Below are positions 63,348-64,000 of a DNA stretch of 64,000 nt, one piece after another; within the stretch, counting starts at the first letter, position 1, and each line of letters begins with the position of its first letter. Below the pieces are notes generated by a model that saw only the letters and a program-made list of their open reading frames with translations, did no database searches and was not told the origin of the DNA. Both the position numbers and the translations under genes were made by a program. The stretch is from Lama glama (taxonomy: Eukaryota), in assembly GCA_028534125.1 (NCBI GenBank), contig CM052817.1, forward strand, positions 1,366,001-1,430,000. Reading direction: 5' to 3'.

Positions 63348-64000
63348 TGTTCACTCAGCGAACATTCACTTAACGCGTGCTCTTTGCCAGTTACTGCAGT
63401 TGTTCCCGGGGGTTCAGTGATCTCTGTCCTCTCACACTGATTATTCGTGGGACTGTAATTACAGATTTATTGCTTCTTTGTTACAATATTTGAGAGAACC
63501 TTGAATACTGAGGTGAATTGGATTATGAAATACATGCTTTCAGTTTTTATAAATCTTATATTTCATTTCTCTTTTGTTTTTAGGTTTATATGGCCTGTAC
63601 AGTTTGTGTCCTTTAAAATGTAGGTTTTTGTTTGTTTTTTGGTAACAACGTTTGGTCAGTTTTGTGTTTCATAGAGCTTAACAAAAGAAGCATTCAGTGG
63701 AGTTTAAATCTCAACATACGTCAAACAGTTAAGCCTTATTTGAATTTGTCATTTATGTTTTTGTTCACTTGGTTTGCTACAGATTGATAGGTGCCCTGTT
63801 TGACGATTGGCAAATTCTTTTCATTTTGATCCGGAGACTTTACTGGTTTTTGCATTATGTTTTCAACATGTTTATTTTCATACCGAGTCATGGCTTTTGT
63901 GTCTTCATTAAAATTTTATCTCCTACTGACCTTTCCTACTTATAATATTTTTCTGATTTTAAGATTGCTACCCATGCATTTATTTGCATTTACCTGCTTT

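Overview
Mammalian genomic DNA, very probably camelid, judged from four copies of a tRNA-Ala-derived SINE resembling the camelid Vic-1 family. The window begins inside the first intron of RNF4 (SUMO-targeted RING E3 ligase, + strand). RNF4 coding exons lie at 8496-8504, 11748-11862, 12767-12846, 20657-20698 (partial), 21392-21440 and 21990-22139, with a 3'UTR to about 24190. A 500-N gap hides a microexon and most of the next exon. After about 11 kb of repeat-rich intergenic DNA comes a CpG-island promoter and the first coding exon of FAM193A (36336-36569, +). The rest of the window is FAM193A intron 1, filled with L1, L2, MIR and hAT remnants and an antisense processed histone H3.3 (H3-3A-derived) pseudogene. 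I see no new multi-gene system. The best leads are regulatory or evolutionary: an in-frame uORF plus an alternative acceptor in the RNF4 leader, a MER41-like LTR with an intact GAS motif in RNF4 intron 1, a perfect Pol III B-box in a MIR inside the FAM193A CpG island, a possible H3.3-L1 chimeric insertion, and AT-to-GC-shifted dead sequences. Gene and repeat family names come from recalled sequences, not database searches, and repeat boundaries are approximate.
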